Shown one piece after another: positions 19,970-29,734 of a stretch of DNA of 64,000 bases. Made by a program: the position numbers and the translations under genes. The notes beneath the pieces were generated by a model. That model was not told the DNA's origin. It was given only the letters and a program-made list of their open reading frames with translations, and searched no databases. Location of the stretch: positions 1 through 64,000 of the IMG/VR virus record IMGVR_UViG_3300009514_000001. One strand, 5' to 3'. Within the stretch, counting starts at the first letter, position 1. Every line of letters begins with the position of its first letter.

Positions 19970-21092
19970 CAAGACGTTCCTGACTGGTGTTCACGAGATT
20001 GACCGTGTGTTCGGTGGTCTACCAATCAACACGGTCTGGACCCACCTCGACATCGACTCGAAGAGGGGTGACAAGACCCTCGACAGATTCATGGCCGCCC
20101 TCCGCAAGCAAAATCTTCGCGCTATGTTCTTCGATGTCGTGCCGGAGGAGCGCCCTTCGGACTGGGACTTGGTTCTCGTCCGCTGCGACGAGGAGAGCTT
20201 CGTCGAACAACTTCGACGGGCCCAGCATCACAGCGTCTATGGGGGCGTCGGGACGATTCTCTCCGTCAACGTCCCCGAGCGGTTCCTCGACTTCGTCGAA
20301 CGGAAGGGGACCGTCGAACTGGCTCGCCTGTACCGAGGGGAGTTGGCTGAACGATGCGACCTGGTAACGGCCACCCTACCTCGGCCCTATGACGTCGGGA
20401 TTTGGATGAGCTGCCTCAAGTCCCGCCAACGGGGATTCGGCTCCTTCGAGTGGCCTCCTGTCGAGAGACTCCCCGACAAGCCGTCCCTATCTGAGGCGAT
20501 GAGTGTCATCGGCGACACCCTGGGCGACAACGCTCTCCTCGATGGTCTGTCCTGGGAACCTCGTGGGTCAGCATCGACGAGCTTCGGGACTACAACCGCA
20601 TCGACGAAAGTGATTGACGCCTTGGACATCGACGACCTGGTCCGTCGCCTTCCGGTAGGACAGAACGTCCGTCGCCTCGCTGTCCGCATCGTCCGCGAAG
20701 CGGGACAGCGTGGTGGCTCTGTGCTCGTCGACCTAGTGGCGAACCTGATCTCACGAGCCAATGAGGTCGACCTCTACGAAGAGGAACGCAACGAGGCCCT
20801 AGAGGACCTGGAGAGCCTCATCCTGGAGGTCAGCTTCGAGGGTCAGGACTTCGAAGAGTCCCTCAAATACTGGAAGTCTGTCGAACAACTCCGGAGACTG
20901 GAGAGCCTCATCCTGGAGGTCAGCTTCGAGGGTCAGGACTTCGAAGAGTCCCTCAAATACTGGAAGTCTGTCGAACAACTCCGGAGAAAAGCCATCGACC
21001 TCCTCATCGAGCACGGCGTCGACCGCGACGAGATGGACAGCGACCTTCTCAAGGGCATCAAACTACTGGCCGAGAGAGACGATGACGACTGA
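19962..21092 (+). CDS. Hypothetical protein with a degenerate RecA/DnaB-like N-terminus and a 90-bp internal duplication
   Basis: TGVHEIDRVFGGL; 20808-20897 equals 20898-20987. Confidence 0.55.
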   Translation: MSNKTFLTGVHEIDRVFGGLPINTVWTHLDIDSKRGDKTLDRFMAALRKQNLRAMFFDVVPEERPSDWDLVLVRCDEESFVEQLRRAQHHSVYGGVGTILSVNVPERFLDFVERKGTVELARLYRGELAERCDLVTATLPRPYDVGIWMSCLKSRQRGFGSFEWPPVERLPDKPSLSEAMSVIGDTLGDNALLDGLSWEPRGSASTSFGTTTASTKVIDALDIDDLVRRLPVGQNVRRLAVRIVREAGQRGGSVLVDLVANLISRANEVDLYEEERNEALEDLESLILEVSFEGQDFEESLKYWKSVEQLRRLESLILEVSFEGQDFEESLKYWKSVEQLRRKAIDLLIEHGVDRDEMDSDLLKGIKLLAERDDDD

Positions 21093-21399
21093 CCCTACGA
21101 CCATCCGCTGGTACCTCTGGGAAGCCGACGACGGCTCCAGCAGCTATTACTCTCCCTCTCCCGGACACCCCGACAGACATCTGAAGGAGGAGGACAGGGA
21201 CCCCTATACCCTGGCCAAGACCTTCGACGTCGTCGGGTGCGGCAAGGAGTGCTGGGACGAGAACAACCCGCCAGAAACTCCACACAACGACATGTGCAGG
21301 ACCTGCTATTGCACTGGTATGCAGGCCCTGTACGACCACTACGACTGGGAGGCGTACAACCCACCTCTCCCTGGAACCTTCAAGGACGACGATGTCTGA
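21082..21399 (+). CDS. Small hypothetical protein (CxxxC, CxxC)
   Basis: Overlapping, coupled ORF. Confidence 0.5.
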   Translation: MTTDPTTIRWYLWEADDGSSSYYSPSPGHPDRHLKEEDRDPYTLAKTFDVVGCGKECWDENNPPETPHNDMCRTCYCTGMQALYDHYDWEAYNPPLPGTFKDDDV

Positions 21400-21679
21400 C
21401 GACCCAGTCCTCGCCCTCGCTCCCTTAGTGCCGGTCGACGGGGTTTTGGAGCCGGTGTATGACGCCGTGTTGGTTGACGTTGGGCCCAACCGTTTGGCCA
21501 CCCTCAGGAGGCTCCGCATCGGTCTCTGGCCCGACCTTGGCCTCCTGGAGGTCAAGAGACGGATGGACAAGCTCCCTGTCATCCTGCGGGAGGACATCGA
21601 CCTCTCCGATGCCCAGGACATCAAGAGGGAGTTCTCTCGCTTCGGGGCTCGGGTCGAGATCGTACCTGGGTCCAGTTAG
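21392..21679 (+). CDS. Ribosomal protein bL12 (L7/L12) C-terminal-domain-like protein
   Basis: YDAVLVDVGPNRL...LGLLEVKRRMDKLPVILREDIDLSDAQDIK.EFSRFGARVEI aligns by eye with the bL12 CTD. Confidence 0.65.
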   Translation: MSDDPVLALAPLVPVDGVLEPVYDAVLVDVGPNRLATLRRLRIGLWPDLGLLEVKRRMDKLPVILREDIDLSDAQDIKREFSRFGARVEIVPGSS

Positions 21680-21697
21680 GTGAGCTAGGTCGTATAA
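21669..21697 (+). promoter_or_regulatory. Putative phage promoter GGTCC-N18-GTATAA
   Basis: Exact spacing; upstream of ORF 21729. Confidence 0.65.
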
Positions 21698-21728
21698 CCA
21701 GGTGCTACAACTGACAAGGAGACTACGG

Positions 21729-22127
21729 ATGGCAAGACGACTCAACGACCTATTCAAGCGCGTACAACGACGACGAGGCCCTGGACTCGCTGACCTCAGC
21801 GACCTGAAGAAGCGCCTGGGCATCGAGGAAGCAGAACCCCATGAGGCCCTTCTCAGCTACCCGATGGCGGTAGCCTCTCGCTTTGCCGCGGCGGCCGGAA
21901 CCCTGCGGGACAAGGTCGACACAATGGACCCCTTGGATGGGTTGGTTGAAGTCGGTCGGGCCAAAGCCCTTGCCGGAATCATCCGGTCACAGGAGGGGGA
22001 GGCCAAAGCCGAGGAGATATTGACCATCCTCGGGGTCGATCTGAAGGGTCTCCAGCGGCGCCTGGAGGAACGCCTGGTCGAGGAGATGACCGATCTCGTC
22101 ACCAACTCCCTCTCGGGAGGTGAGTAG
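21729..22127 (+). CDS. Hypothetical protein
   Basis: AGGAG RBS. Confidence 0.55.
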   Translation: MARRLNDLFKRVQRRRGPGLADLSDLKKRLGIEEAEPHEALLSYPMAVASRFAAAAGTLRDKVDTMDPLDGLVEVGRAKALAGIIRSQEGEAKAEEILTILGVDLKGLQRRLEERLVEEMTDLVTNSLSGGE

Positions 22128-22717
22128 TGACCCACATCGAACGCGAGCACAAGTGGACCGTAAGGCCCTTCTTCCACTTCCCTGTCGGCAGCTTCGACCG
22201 CAAACACGATATTTGGACCCCTCACGGCGTTTTGGTGGGAGACGGAAAGTATGCTCCCTCCACGGAGAAGCGTATCATCCAGGTGTACCTGGACGGCACC
22301 AGTCTCGACCTCCGCAACACCGAACGCATCCGCCTCATCAAGGAGGACGGCAAGTGTCGCTTCTTCCACACCCACAAGACTCACCGGACCGCGGGGGAGG
22401 CCTACGAGACGGAGAAGGAGATTACGAACACGGAGTTCTCTCGCCTCTACCGGACCTTTCGCAGCCCTCTGGCCAGTGACCTCGTCAAGACTCGTCGGAC
22501 GTTCACCTGGAAAGACATTGTCTGGGAGATGGACAAGTTCGACCAGCCCACCTACTCCCGGTATCTGCTGGAGGCTGAGGTCGAGGACTTGTCCGCCACT
22601 CTGGAACCACCCCCTCTCTGGTCCGTGACCAAAGTTACGGGGGACCCGAAGTACTCCAACGCTTACCTGGCCCTCACCGAGCTGGGCCGGCTCCTTTGGG
22701 AGGACACTAGAACATGA
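22127..22717 (+). CDS. CYTH-domain (triphosphate tunnel metalloenzyme) protein
   Basis: N-terminal EREHK (ExExK), RIR, K.R and EAEVE motifs; C-terminal VTGDPKYSN. Confidence 0.85.
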   Translation: MTHIEREHKWTVRPFFHFPVGSFDRKHDIWTPHGVLVGDGKYAPSTEKRIIQVYLDGTSLDLRNTERIRLIKEDGKCRFFHTHKTHRTAGEAYETEKEITNTEFSRLYRTFRSPLASDLVKTRRTFTWKDIVWEMDKFDQPTYSRYLLEAEVEDLSATLEPPPLWSVTKVTGDPKYSNAYLALTELGRLLWEDTRT

Positions 22718-23388
22718 CTCACCCACTCATTCGTCCGGGCAAGATTGTCCTCCTCACCGGCTATCCCGAGAGCGGGAAGACGACTGAGGCCCTGAAGGCC
22801 TCCGCCGAAGTCAACAACGAAGGCGGAGCCGTGTTCTACGTCGATGCGTGCAACCAATTCGACCACCAGTTCGCCGAACACCTGGGGGTGCCGGTGACTG
22901 ACAAGGAAGCGTTCGGGCTGATGTACGCCTCCGTCATCGACCAGGCTGTCCTGGTGTCGAAAGCGGCCATCAAGTCTGGAGTCGACCTGCTCGTCCTGGA
23001 CATGGTCAATGCCATGGTCGAGCCCGGGGCGGAGACTTTCTCCCTGGTGGACCAGGAGGACCGGGCGGACGAGGTGCTCAGGGCCCGAGCCCGAGAGAGG
23101 GAGGACTTCTTGGAGATGTCCCAGGAGGAGGTCATCGAAGGTGATCCCGAAGAAGGCATCGACACGGAAGAGGAAATGGACACCGTAGACGTCCCTGAGA
23201 GCCCCGAGGAGCTGGCCCTTGCCGAGACGTGGCAAGAGCACCTGGAAGGTATCCAGGAGGCTCTCAGAAGCTCTCACACGGCTGTCCTGGCCCTCTGGGG
23301 AACGTCCCGCAAGTTCCTCAACACCAAGGGTGCGTATGTCCCCTGGTCGAAGGCCGCCGAAGCCGTCCTCGACGTGGAGTCCCTCTGA
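22714..23388 (+). CDS. Short RecA-like ATPase with an acidic insert
   Basis: GKIVLLTGYPESGKTT, FYVDA...D..FA..LGV and VDLLVLD. Confidence 0.75.
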   Translation: MTHPLIRPGKIVLLTGYPESGKTTEALKASAEVNNEGGAVFYVDACNQFDHQFAEHLGVPVTDKEAFGLMYASVIDQAVLVSKAAIKSGVDLLVLDMVNAMVEPGAETFSLVDQEDRADEVLRARAREREDFLEMSQEEVIEGDPEEGIDTEEEMDTVDVPESPEELALAETWQEHLEGIQEALRSSHTAVLALWGTSRKFLNTKGAYVPWSKAAEAVLDVESL

Positions 23389-24011
23389 TGAGCACTGACA
23401 TCTGTAGCAACCTGCGCGTCGCCACCGGCGGCTACCTGATGAACATCAGGCGGGCGTCCGACAACATGATGCAGGCAGTTTCACAGCCCAAAACTCTGGA
23501 GGAGAGGGCAGAGACCTCTTTCATGAGTATGCTGGAGACCGTCAGAAAAGCCTGTGCTTGTGACTGGTTCACGATGGCCGAGTACGACCAGATGTCCCGC
23601 TTCAACGGATTTGAGTCTGAGCCGGAGCTTCCCACCGGGATGGTCCTCCTTCACACGCTCCGACACTCCTTGGGCGGGTTCGTCGCCACGTTCCCGAAGA
23701 ACCCCGAGGAGGAAGTCATCCTGCCGACCATCTCCGATGTGATGGAGGCCCTGATGAGCTTCGAGTACGTCCTGAACTTCGAGGAGGAAGAGGAAGGGGA
23801 AGAGGAAGAACACACCCAGGGGCCGTGGAAGGGGACGGGGACGTACAAATTCATCAGCCAGGTCACGGTCGACGGACCCGAACTGCACTTAAGTGAGGTC
23901 GCCCTGACTTCGGAGGAGACCGCCGCCTTCGAGGTGATGACTCCAGCGCAGCAGGACCTCTTTCTTCTCAGCCGCAGCCTAGAAGACTCCGAGGAGGAGG
24001 GTCAACCATGA
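23388..24011 (+). CDS. Acidic hypothetical protein
   Basis: TGATG coupling to the RecA-like gene. Confidence 0.55.
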   Translation: MSTDICSNLRVATGGYLMNIRRASDNMMQAVSQPKTLEERAETSFMSMLETVRKACACDWFTMAEYDQMSRFNGFESEPELPTGMVLLHTLRHSLGGFVATFPKNPEEEVILPTISDVMEALMSFEYVLNFEEEEEGEEEEHTQGPWKGTGTYKFISQVTVDGPELHLSEVALTSEETAAFEVMTPAQQDLFLLSRSLEDSEEEGQP

Positions 24012-24356
24012 AAGAAAAGACCATGAATGCCAGAGTCACGAGAACGATGCTCGGGTTCGAGGACCACGGCATTCTGACCGCCCTTGTGGACGTCACCTTT
24101 GCTGATGGCGGACAGGGCTTCGGTGGTCTGTTCCTCGACAACGCCAACCTCGCCTGGTTCGTCAAGGCGTCCTCAAGGCGGTGGGTGTCGACAAGTGGGG
24201 AAGCCTCAAGGGCAAGCCGTGTCGAGTTAGGGGCACCGCCGTGAAGCTCACGGCCATTGGCCACTTCATCGACGACGAGTGGTTCGACATTACGAACCCG
24301 CCTCCAGTCGACTCGGAGAACGTCCCCGCCCCCGATAAGGGATACGAGATCGTCTA

Positions 24357-24385
24357 GGTCCTGAGGAGATTCGGAACCCGTACTA
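24357..24385 (+). promoter_or_regulatory. Putative phage promoter GGTCC-N18-GTACTA
   Basis: Exact spacing; directly upstream of the ligase C-half. Confidence 0.6.
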
Positions 24386-24412
24386 GAAGATAGAACAGCC
24401 AATGAGGAGACC

Positions 24413-25252
24413 ATGAACATTCTCGACATGTTTGGTGACGAGGAAGACCAGGCCCAGCTGACCAGCCAGCCAATCGCCATCCCCACCCACTGCCCGGAGT
24501 GCGAGTTCCCGCTCCGGATGGACGGGGAGTACCTGGTGTGCAAGAACGGCAAGGCCTGTCCCGCTCAGGTGACGGGGGCAATGAAAGCCTGGATTTCCAA
24601 GCTGGGCATCCTTCACTTCGGCACCTCTCTCATCGAGGCCATCGTCGAATCCGGCTTGGCCAAGACTGTTCCCGACCTCTACCGACTCAAGGCGCCCCAG
24701 GTGGCGGCACTGACGATGTCCGGCCGGCGCGTCGGCGACAGCACGGCCCACACTGCCCTCTCCAACCTACACGCCAAGAAGGACCTGGCTCTGGCTACTA
24801 TGGTCGGTTCCCTGGGCATCCCGATGGTTGCCCGAAGCATGTGCAAGACCATCGCCCAGGGAGGTTTCGATACCATCGACCTGATGATGGTGGCCAAGGT
24901 CGACGACGTGGCCGCCATCCCGGGTGTCGGCCAGAGCAAGGCCGAGAGCTTTGTTGCCGGCATCGCCGAGCGCAAGGAGATCATCGAAGACCTCCTGGAG
25001 GTGGGAGTCACCATCAAGGCGGCGGCCGACGGACCCCTCAGGGGCAAGCTCTTCTGCATGACCGGGTTCCGCTCGAAGGAGATGGAAGAGGCCATCGAAG
25101 ACGCTGGCGGCATCATCAAGTCGGGCGTCAGCCGCAAGCTCGATTTTCTGGTTGCGGACGACCCGGATTCGACCAGCGGCAAGCCCAAGAAGGCCCGCAG
25201 GTACGGCGTACCCATCATCGACAAGGCGACACTCTGGGGGATGGTATCGTGA
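24413..25252 (+). CDS. ligA: NAD-dependent DNA ligase, C-terminal half (Zn finger + HhH + BRCT)
   Basis: PTHCPEC...C.N..ACPAQ, LGI..V, IPGVG..KA, LRGKLFCMTG, SGVSRKLDFLV and KARRYGVPII; own GAGGAG RBS. Confidence 0.9.
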   Translation: MNILDMFGDEEDQAQLTSQPIAIPTHCPECEFPLRMDGEYLVCKNGKACPAQVTGAMKAWISKLGILHFGTSLIEAIVESGLAKTVPDLYRLKAPQVAALTMSGRRVGDSTAHTALSNLHAKKDLALATMVGSLGIPMVARSMCKTIAQGGFDTIDLMMVAKVDDVAAIPGVGQSKAESFVAGIAERKEIIEDLLEVGVTIKAAADGPLRGKLFCMTGFRSKEMEEAIEDAGGIIKSGVSRKLDFLVADDPDSTSGKPKKARRYGVPIIDKATLWGMVS

Positions 25253-26082
25253 ATGACCATACACTCGTCGATGCCCTCCTAGAGGGCATCTGTGACAACC
25301 TCGAACGACATCAGGCAAAGGCCCAAGGACCGAAAAGCGAGGTCAAGAAGTTCGCTCAACTCGTCCGAAAAGAGTTGGAAAACGATGTCCTGGCAAGAGT
25401 CTCCCGAAGCCAAGCCAACGAGTTGCGTCTGGAGTTTGTTCGCGCCCTCGACTTCTGCCTCCACTGTGGTGAGGACACCCGAGACCGTGTCTGCTACTGC
25501 TACCGAGACGAATGAGGTGTCATGGCTACCGCCCTCACTACCGCCCGCACTCTGGTCCAGATGGACCTGCCGCCACCCCCAGGCATTGATGACTGGGCCG
25601 CTCCGGAGGGTGTCCTCTCCCCCACGGAGGTGAAGGAGCTGCGTATTGGCCGCAAGCTCTTGATGCACGGCTGGGTCGAGTTCGGCTACCCTGAGGACTC
25701 CCTCTCCCGACGAGGGGTTGTACACCCCGTGGAGGGGCCTCCCCTGGAGGTCTACTTCATCGGCTGGCGGTACCGATGCGAGGGTGTCCGCACACCTGGG
25801 CACAAGGCCGGCTGGTCGGGCGTAGACCACTGGGACCCGGGCTCGCCTTCGGAGTTCTCCATGAAACGGAGAGTTCTCGTCGTGCAGGTCAAGAGGGGAC
25901 CTGGGTCGAGGATTGAGGAAACCCTCCCCTCTCAAGTGACGAGGAAGAGATGACCATCCAGGTCGAACAAGAGATGTACGGATGGACCCTGGAGCCCCTA
26001 CGGAACCAGACTCGGGACATGGAAGAGTTTGCTCAGAAGATAAACGACTTCCTTGTCGCAATGGGGATTGACGCCCCGACCT
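25249..26082 (+). CDS. Three small hypothetical ORFs (25249-25515, 25522-25953, 25950-26082)
   Basis: Coupled starts and stops after the ligase C-half. Confidence 0.5.
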
Positions 26083-26159
26083 GACGACGGTAAGGTCCGC
26101 GGCGCTACTCATTTAGAGCCACGGGCCTTTGAGGCCCCTCACTCCCCGAGGAGGGAACC

Positions 26160-26438
26160 ATGAACAAGAATGAACTGATCACCGCCGTCCACAACAACAA
26201 TGACAACCTCACCAAGAAGCAGGTGGAGCAAGTCATCTCCACCTTCTTCAACGTGACCGCCAACGAGCTGAAGTCCGGCGGCGCGGTCAGATACCACGGA
26301 TTCGGTTCGTTCACCGTCTCCCAGCGGAACGCTCGTAAGGGCCGCAATCCGCAGACCGGCAAAGCCATGAACATTCCGGCCAAGAGAATCGTGAAGTTCA
26401 AAGCCGCCAAGACTCTCTCGGAAACCGTCAACGTCTGA
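26160..26438 (+). CDS. hup: HU/IHF-family DNA-binding protein
   Basis: MNKNELI, GFGSF..RNARKGRNPQTG..IPAKR.VKFKAAK.L. Confidence 0.95.
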   Translation: MNKNELITAVHNNNDNLTKKQVEQVISTFFNVTANELKSGGAVRYHGFGSFTVSQRNARKGRNPQTGKAMNIPAKRIVKFKAAKTLSETVNV

Positions 26439-26466
26439 GCCGACAGTCGACCGAGAGCACCATAGA

Positions 26467-26496
26467 GAGGGGACTCTGACCCAGGGTCCCCTCTCC
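26467..26496 (+). terminator. Hairpin after HU
   Basis: AGAGGGGAC...GTCCCCTCT inverted repeat. Confidence 0.5.
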
Positions 26497-26557
26497 TCGT
26501 TTCGAGGAGGTACCATGAGCCTCGTCAGCTCAAACCCCTACTCCTGAGGATACCAGC

Positions 26558-27688
26558 ATGATCATCGAGTATATCTGGATTGACGGAACCGGGCCAACGC
26601 CCCAGCTCCGAAGCAAGACCAAGGTCGACAACAACAACAAGTCCCGGCTGGTGACAGAAGCCGTCCAGGACGGATTGGTAGCCACCGACGACGACGACAA
26701 CATCCCAGAGAACCTGCGTGAGTGCTATCTCGGCCCTGTCTGGGGCGCCGACGGCAGTTCGACGAACCAGGCGGCAGGAAAGGACTCCGACATCATCCTC
26801 GTCCCTGTCTGCTCAGTACGGGACCCGTTCCGGGCCAACGCCTTCCTGAACCTTTGTGAGGTCCTCGACAGCAAGGGAGAGCCTCACTCAAGCAACACCC
26901 GGGCGAAATTCCGAAAAGTCCTCACCCCACGGAGGCACTTCCAGCCTTGGCTCGGCCTGGAGCAGGAGTACACCCTCCTGACGCTCTCTAACCACGTGTC
27001 CTTGGATGCCAAGGGCAACACGGCCTTCGTCCTGGACCCCCTCGGGTTTGTAGCTCAGAAGGGCTACCCCAGACCCCAGGGTCCCTACTATTGTGGGGTC
27101 GGAGCCAACAACATCTACGGCCGAGGGGTCTACGAGGAATTCCTCAAGGCCACCTCCCTCGCCGGCATTGCCATCACGGGGGCCAACTGGGAGGTCATGC
27201 CTGGACAGGCTGAGTTCCAGGTCTCTGCCCCGGAAGCTCTCCTGACCTGCGACCATCTCTGGCTCGCCAGGTGGATTATCCAGCGCGTCGCGGAGGACCA
27301 CAGGGCCGTCGTGTCCTTCGATCCCAAACCGGCCGATGGTGACTGGAACGGCGCCGGTATGCACGCCAACTTCTCCACCGGGGTGATGCGAAGCCGGGAT
27401 GGACTCGACGTCATCAAAGAGGCCTGTGACCAGCTCGAAGAGCACGTCCAAAAGCACCTAGACGCCTACGGCGAGGGCTACGAACGTCGCCTCACGGGCG
27501 ACCACGAGACGTGCTCCTTCCAAGAGTACCGGTGGGGCATCGCTGACCGGACGGCCAGCGTCCGCATCCCCCTCCAAGTCAAGGAGGATGGCAAGGGCTA
27601 CCTAGAGGACCGTCGGCCAAACGCCAACGCCGACCCGTACAACGTCGGCCGGGTCCTCGTCGACACCATCTGTCGTCGGTTCACCTAG
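26558..27688 (+). CDS. glnII: Glutamine synthetase type II
   Basis: EYIWIDG, DGSST, EQEY, PQGPYYCGVG, EVMPGQ.EFQ, DWNGAGMH.NFST, LTG.HET and GYLEDRRP. Confidence 0.95.
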   Translation: MIIEYIWIDGTGPTPQLRSKTKVDNNNKSRLVTEAVQDGLVATDDDDNIPENLRECYLGPVWGADGSSTNQAAGKDSDIILVPVCSVRDPFRANAFLNLCEVLDSKGEPHSSNTRAKFRKVLTPRRHFQPWLGLEQEYTLLTLSNHVSLDAKGNTAFVLDPLGFVAQKGYPRPQGPYYCGVGANNIYGRGVYEEFLKATSLAGIAITGANWEVMPGQAEFQVSAPEALLTCDHLWLARWIIQRVAEDHRAVVSFDPKPADGDWNGAGMHANFSTGVMRSRDGLDVIKEACDQLEEHVQKHLDAYGEGYERRLTGDHETCSFQEYRWGIADRTASVRIPLQVKEDGKGYLEDRRPNANADPYNVGRVLVDTICRRFT

Positions 27689-27696
27689 CAGCCTGA

Positions 27697-27731
27697 CCAA
27701 CGCTTTCTGAAAAAATTGCAGAAAGCGTTGG
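27697..27731 (+). terminator. 13-bp perfect stem hairpin after glnII
   Basis: CCAACGCTTTCTG / CAGAAAGCGTTGG. Confidence 0.6.
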
Positions 27732-27732
27732 G

Positions 27733-27761
27733 GGTCCGGTGTGGGTCCCTCCTCCGTATTA
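27733..27761 (+). promoter_or_regulatory. Putative phage promoter GGTCC-N18-GTATTA
   Basis: Exact spacing; upstream of the NYN gene. Confidence 0.65.
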
Positions 27762-27795
27762 AGAGGAGGAGACCCACACTGGACCCGGAGAGGAG

Positions 27796-28743
27796 ATGAT
27801 GACCTCTGACGCCGCTGCACTTTTCGTCGACTTTGAAAACCTCTACTACCGCCTCTTGGACGCACCGTTCAGTCTACGAGGAGACGAGGCCCTCTCGAAG
27901 TCCCTTGACGTCCTGAACGAACTTCGAGACGCCGCCCGCAAGAGTGGCCACTCCCTCATCGTCGAGCGCTGCTATGCCGACTGGGAGTTGATGCCGATGA
28001 CTGCTCAGAGGCAGCTCCAAATCGCTGGAATCCTTCCCAGGTACGTCGACTCTCGCCGCAAGAAGAACTCGGCCGACATCGAGATGAGCCTCGACGTCCT
28101 GAATGTCGTCCTCACCAGGCCCGAGATAACCTTCGTCATCCTAGTCGGCGGGGACCGGGACTACCTGCCCATCCTGAGGCGTCTGAAGGAACACCACCGA
28201 TCCGTTCGCATCGGCTCCCTCAAGGAGTCCCTCTCCGGAGACATGCGGGAGTTCGCCAACACCTACTCCCTGGCCGACGTGGTCGAACTGAACCAGTGGG
28301 TTGAGAGCAAGGAAAAGATTCCCTCGGCTGAAGAAAGCCTCGTAGAGGTCCAGGACGTCGTGGTTGAGGACCTTGTGGTTGAGGACCTTGAGCCGATCGC
28401 TGTCGAAAAGACGCCCAAGACCGCCCCACCTGTAGAGCAGAACCACAACACGAGGAAGGCCCAGAGCATCGAGGTCGGTGAGTGGCACGAACGCTACATC
28501 CGGGCCATGTTGGACTTTCTACGAGACCACGGGTACGACGAGGTCCACATGGGGCCCTACCTTCGCTGGCTGAACCACTCTGGTCGCTTCGACCTAGTCA
28601 GCCACCGCGAACAGAGGAAAGTACTCGACGACCTCCAGGCCCTCGGTGCGGTGAACATCGAGAGCCGGCGCGCCTACGAGGGCCACACCTTTGGTGTAGC
28701 CCACATTGACTGGAACCACAGCCTGGTTCAGTCCGCAAACTAA
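27796..28743 (+). CDS. NYN (LabA/DUF88, PIN-like) domain protein
   Basis: LFVDFENL, KNSADIEMSLD and GGDRDYLP. Confidence 0.88.
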   Translation: MMTSDAAALFVDFENLYYRLLDAPFSLRGDEALSKSLDVLNELRDAARKSGHSLIVERCYADWELMPMTAQRQLQIAGILPRYVDSRRKKNSADIEMSLDVLNVVLTRPEITFVILVGGDRDYLPILRRLKEHHRSVRIGSLKESLSGDMREFANTYSLADVVELNQWVESKEKIPSAEESLVEVQDVVVEDLVVEDLEPIAVEKTPKTAPPVEQNHNTRKAQSIEVGEWHERYIRAMLDFLRDHGYDEVHMGPYLRWLNHSGRFDLVSHREQRKVLDDLQALGAVNIESRRAYEGHTFGVAHIDWNHSLVQSAN

Positions 28744-28752
28744 GGAGACCAC

Positions 28753-29432
28753 ATGTCGCGCTACAAGTTCGAGCCCGGAACCAAAGTCCTCTACCTGGCC
28801 GGAGAGGACATCATCGAGACCACCATCGAGAGGCTCGGCTCAGGCCATCCGGAGATGGGTCCGTCCTACCTCATCACCGTCGGTGAGAGTGACGAGAGTG
28901 AGATCGTGGAGGTCTACGGGGACCATCTCCTGCCCCAGTTGGGGTTGGAGCGAGACAAGACCAAGCCCGCGGGCGTCGTCCGCTACACCTTCCGCGACGA
29001 CAAGGGCCAGCAGTGCTCCCTGGAGTTCAACCGTCACAAGGACAGCGGAATGCTCTGGGTCGGCATCGAGGTCAACCTCCAGGGCACCAAGCTCGTCGCC
29101 GGACGCATGTGTCTCAACCGAGCCCAGGCGATGGTCATCGCCCCCCTGCTCGCTCAGTTCGCCGTGAGCGGGACCCTCTCGTGAGCGTGGTCGAGGAATT
29201 CAGGAAGCTCTGGGAGCAGAAGCACATTGACGCCACCGCTTTCTGGCTGGCAGTGGCTGAGGGGATAGATGAACGAGGCGAGGAGACCGAGTGGGAGCTA
29301 CTTCAGGGGCTGAGGACTTGGCCGGATGGAGTTGCCCACGGGTTGAGGAGCTTCTCGTCAAACATGCAAAAGGGGAGGATACCTTCACAGGCAGTTCTCA
29401 CTACAACGCCAGGACCAACTGTCACACCCTAG
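28753..29432 (+). CDS. Two hypothetical ORFs (28753-29184, 29181-29432)
   Basis: AGGAG RBS and GTGA coupling. Confidence 0.5.
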
Positions 29433-29734
29433 GGTACACAAACTGTACCCGCTAACTTAACAATTTCTGTCTAAATCTCACTTTTTCTCGGTAGTGTAGT
29501 TATACCAACCCCCTAAGTAGGTGAAGGTCATGATGAGGAAAGCCATGATTGTCCGAGTTACCGCAACCGAGTTTGAAACTGACCAGGGGAGGGTGTTCCC
29601 GCACCCTGTCCCCTTTGAGGAAGATCAGGTGCCTTCCGTCGAGGACTTCCAGAAATGGTACGACCATTGGTTTGCCCTTTTCTGCGATGAGTTCTCGGGA
29701 GAGAGAATCGCCGTGCTGCCAAAGAGAGGAGAGG

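Noticed and set aside
18700-24470. Split intein or intron joining the ligase halves
   Set aside because: No Cys/Ser-start intein N-part after the OB domain, no His-Asn end before the Zn finger, and the intervening DNA is ordinary genes.
26081-26110. CTGACGA resembling a hammerhead core
   Set aside because: No downstream stem II-GAAA-stem III arrangement.
29300-29530. Group I intron (IStron) at the IS607 left end
   Set aside because: The region is too short, and no P7-like conserved elements were recognised.
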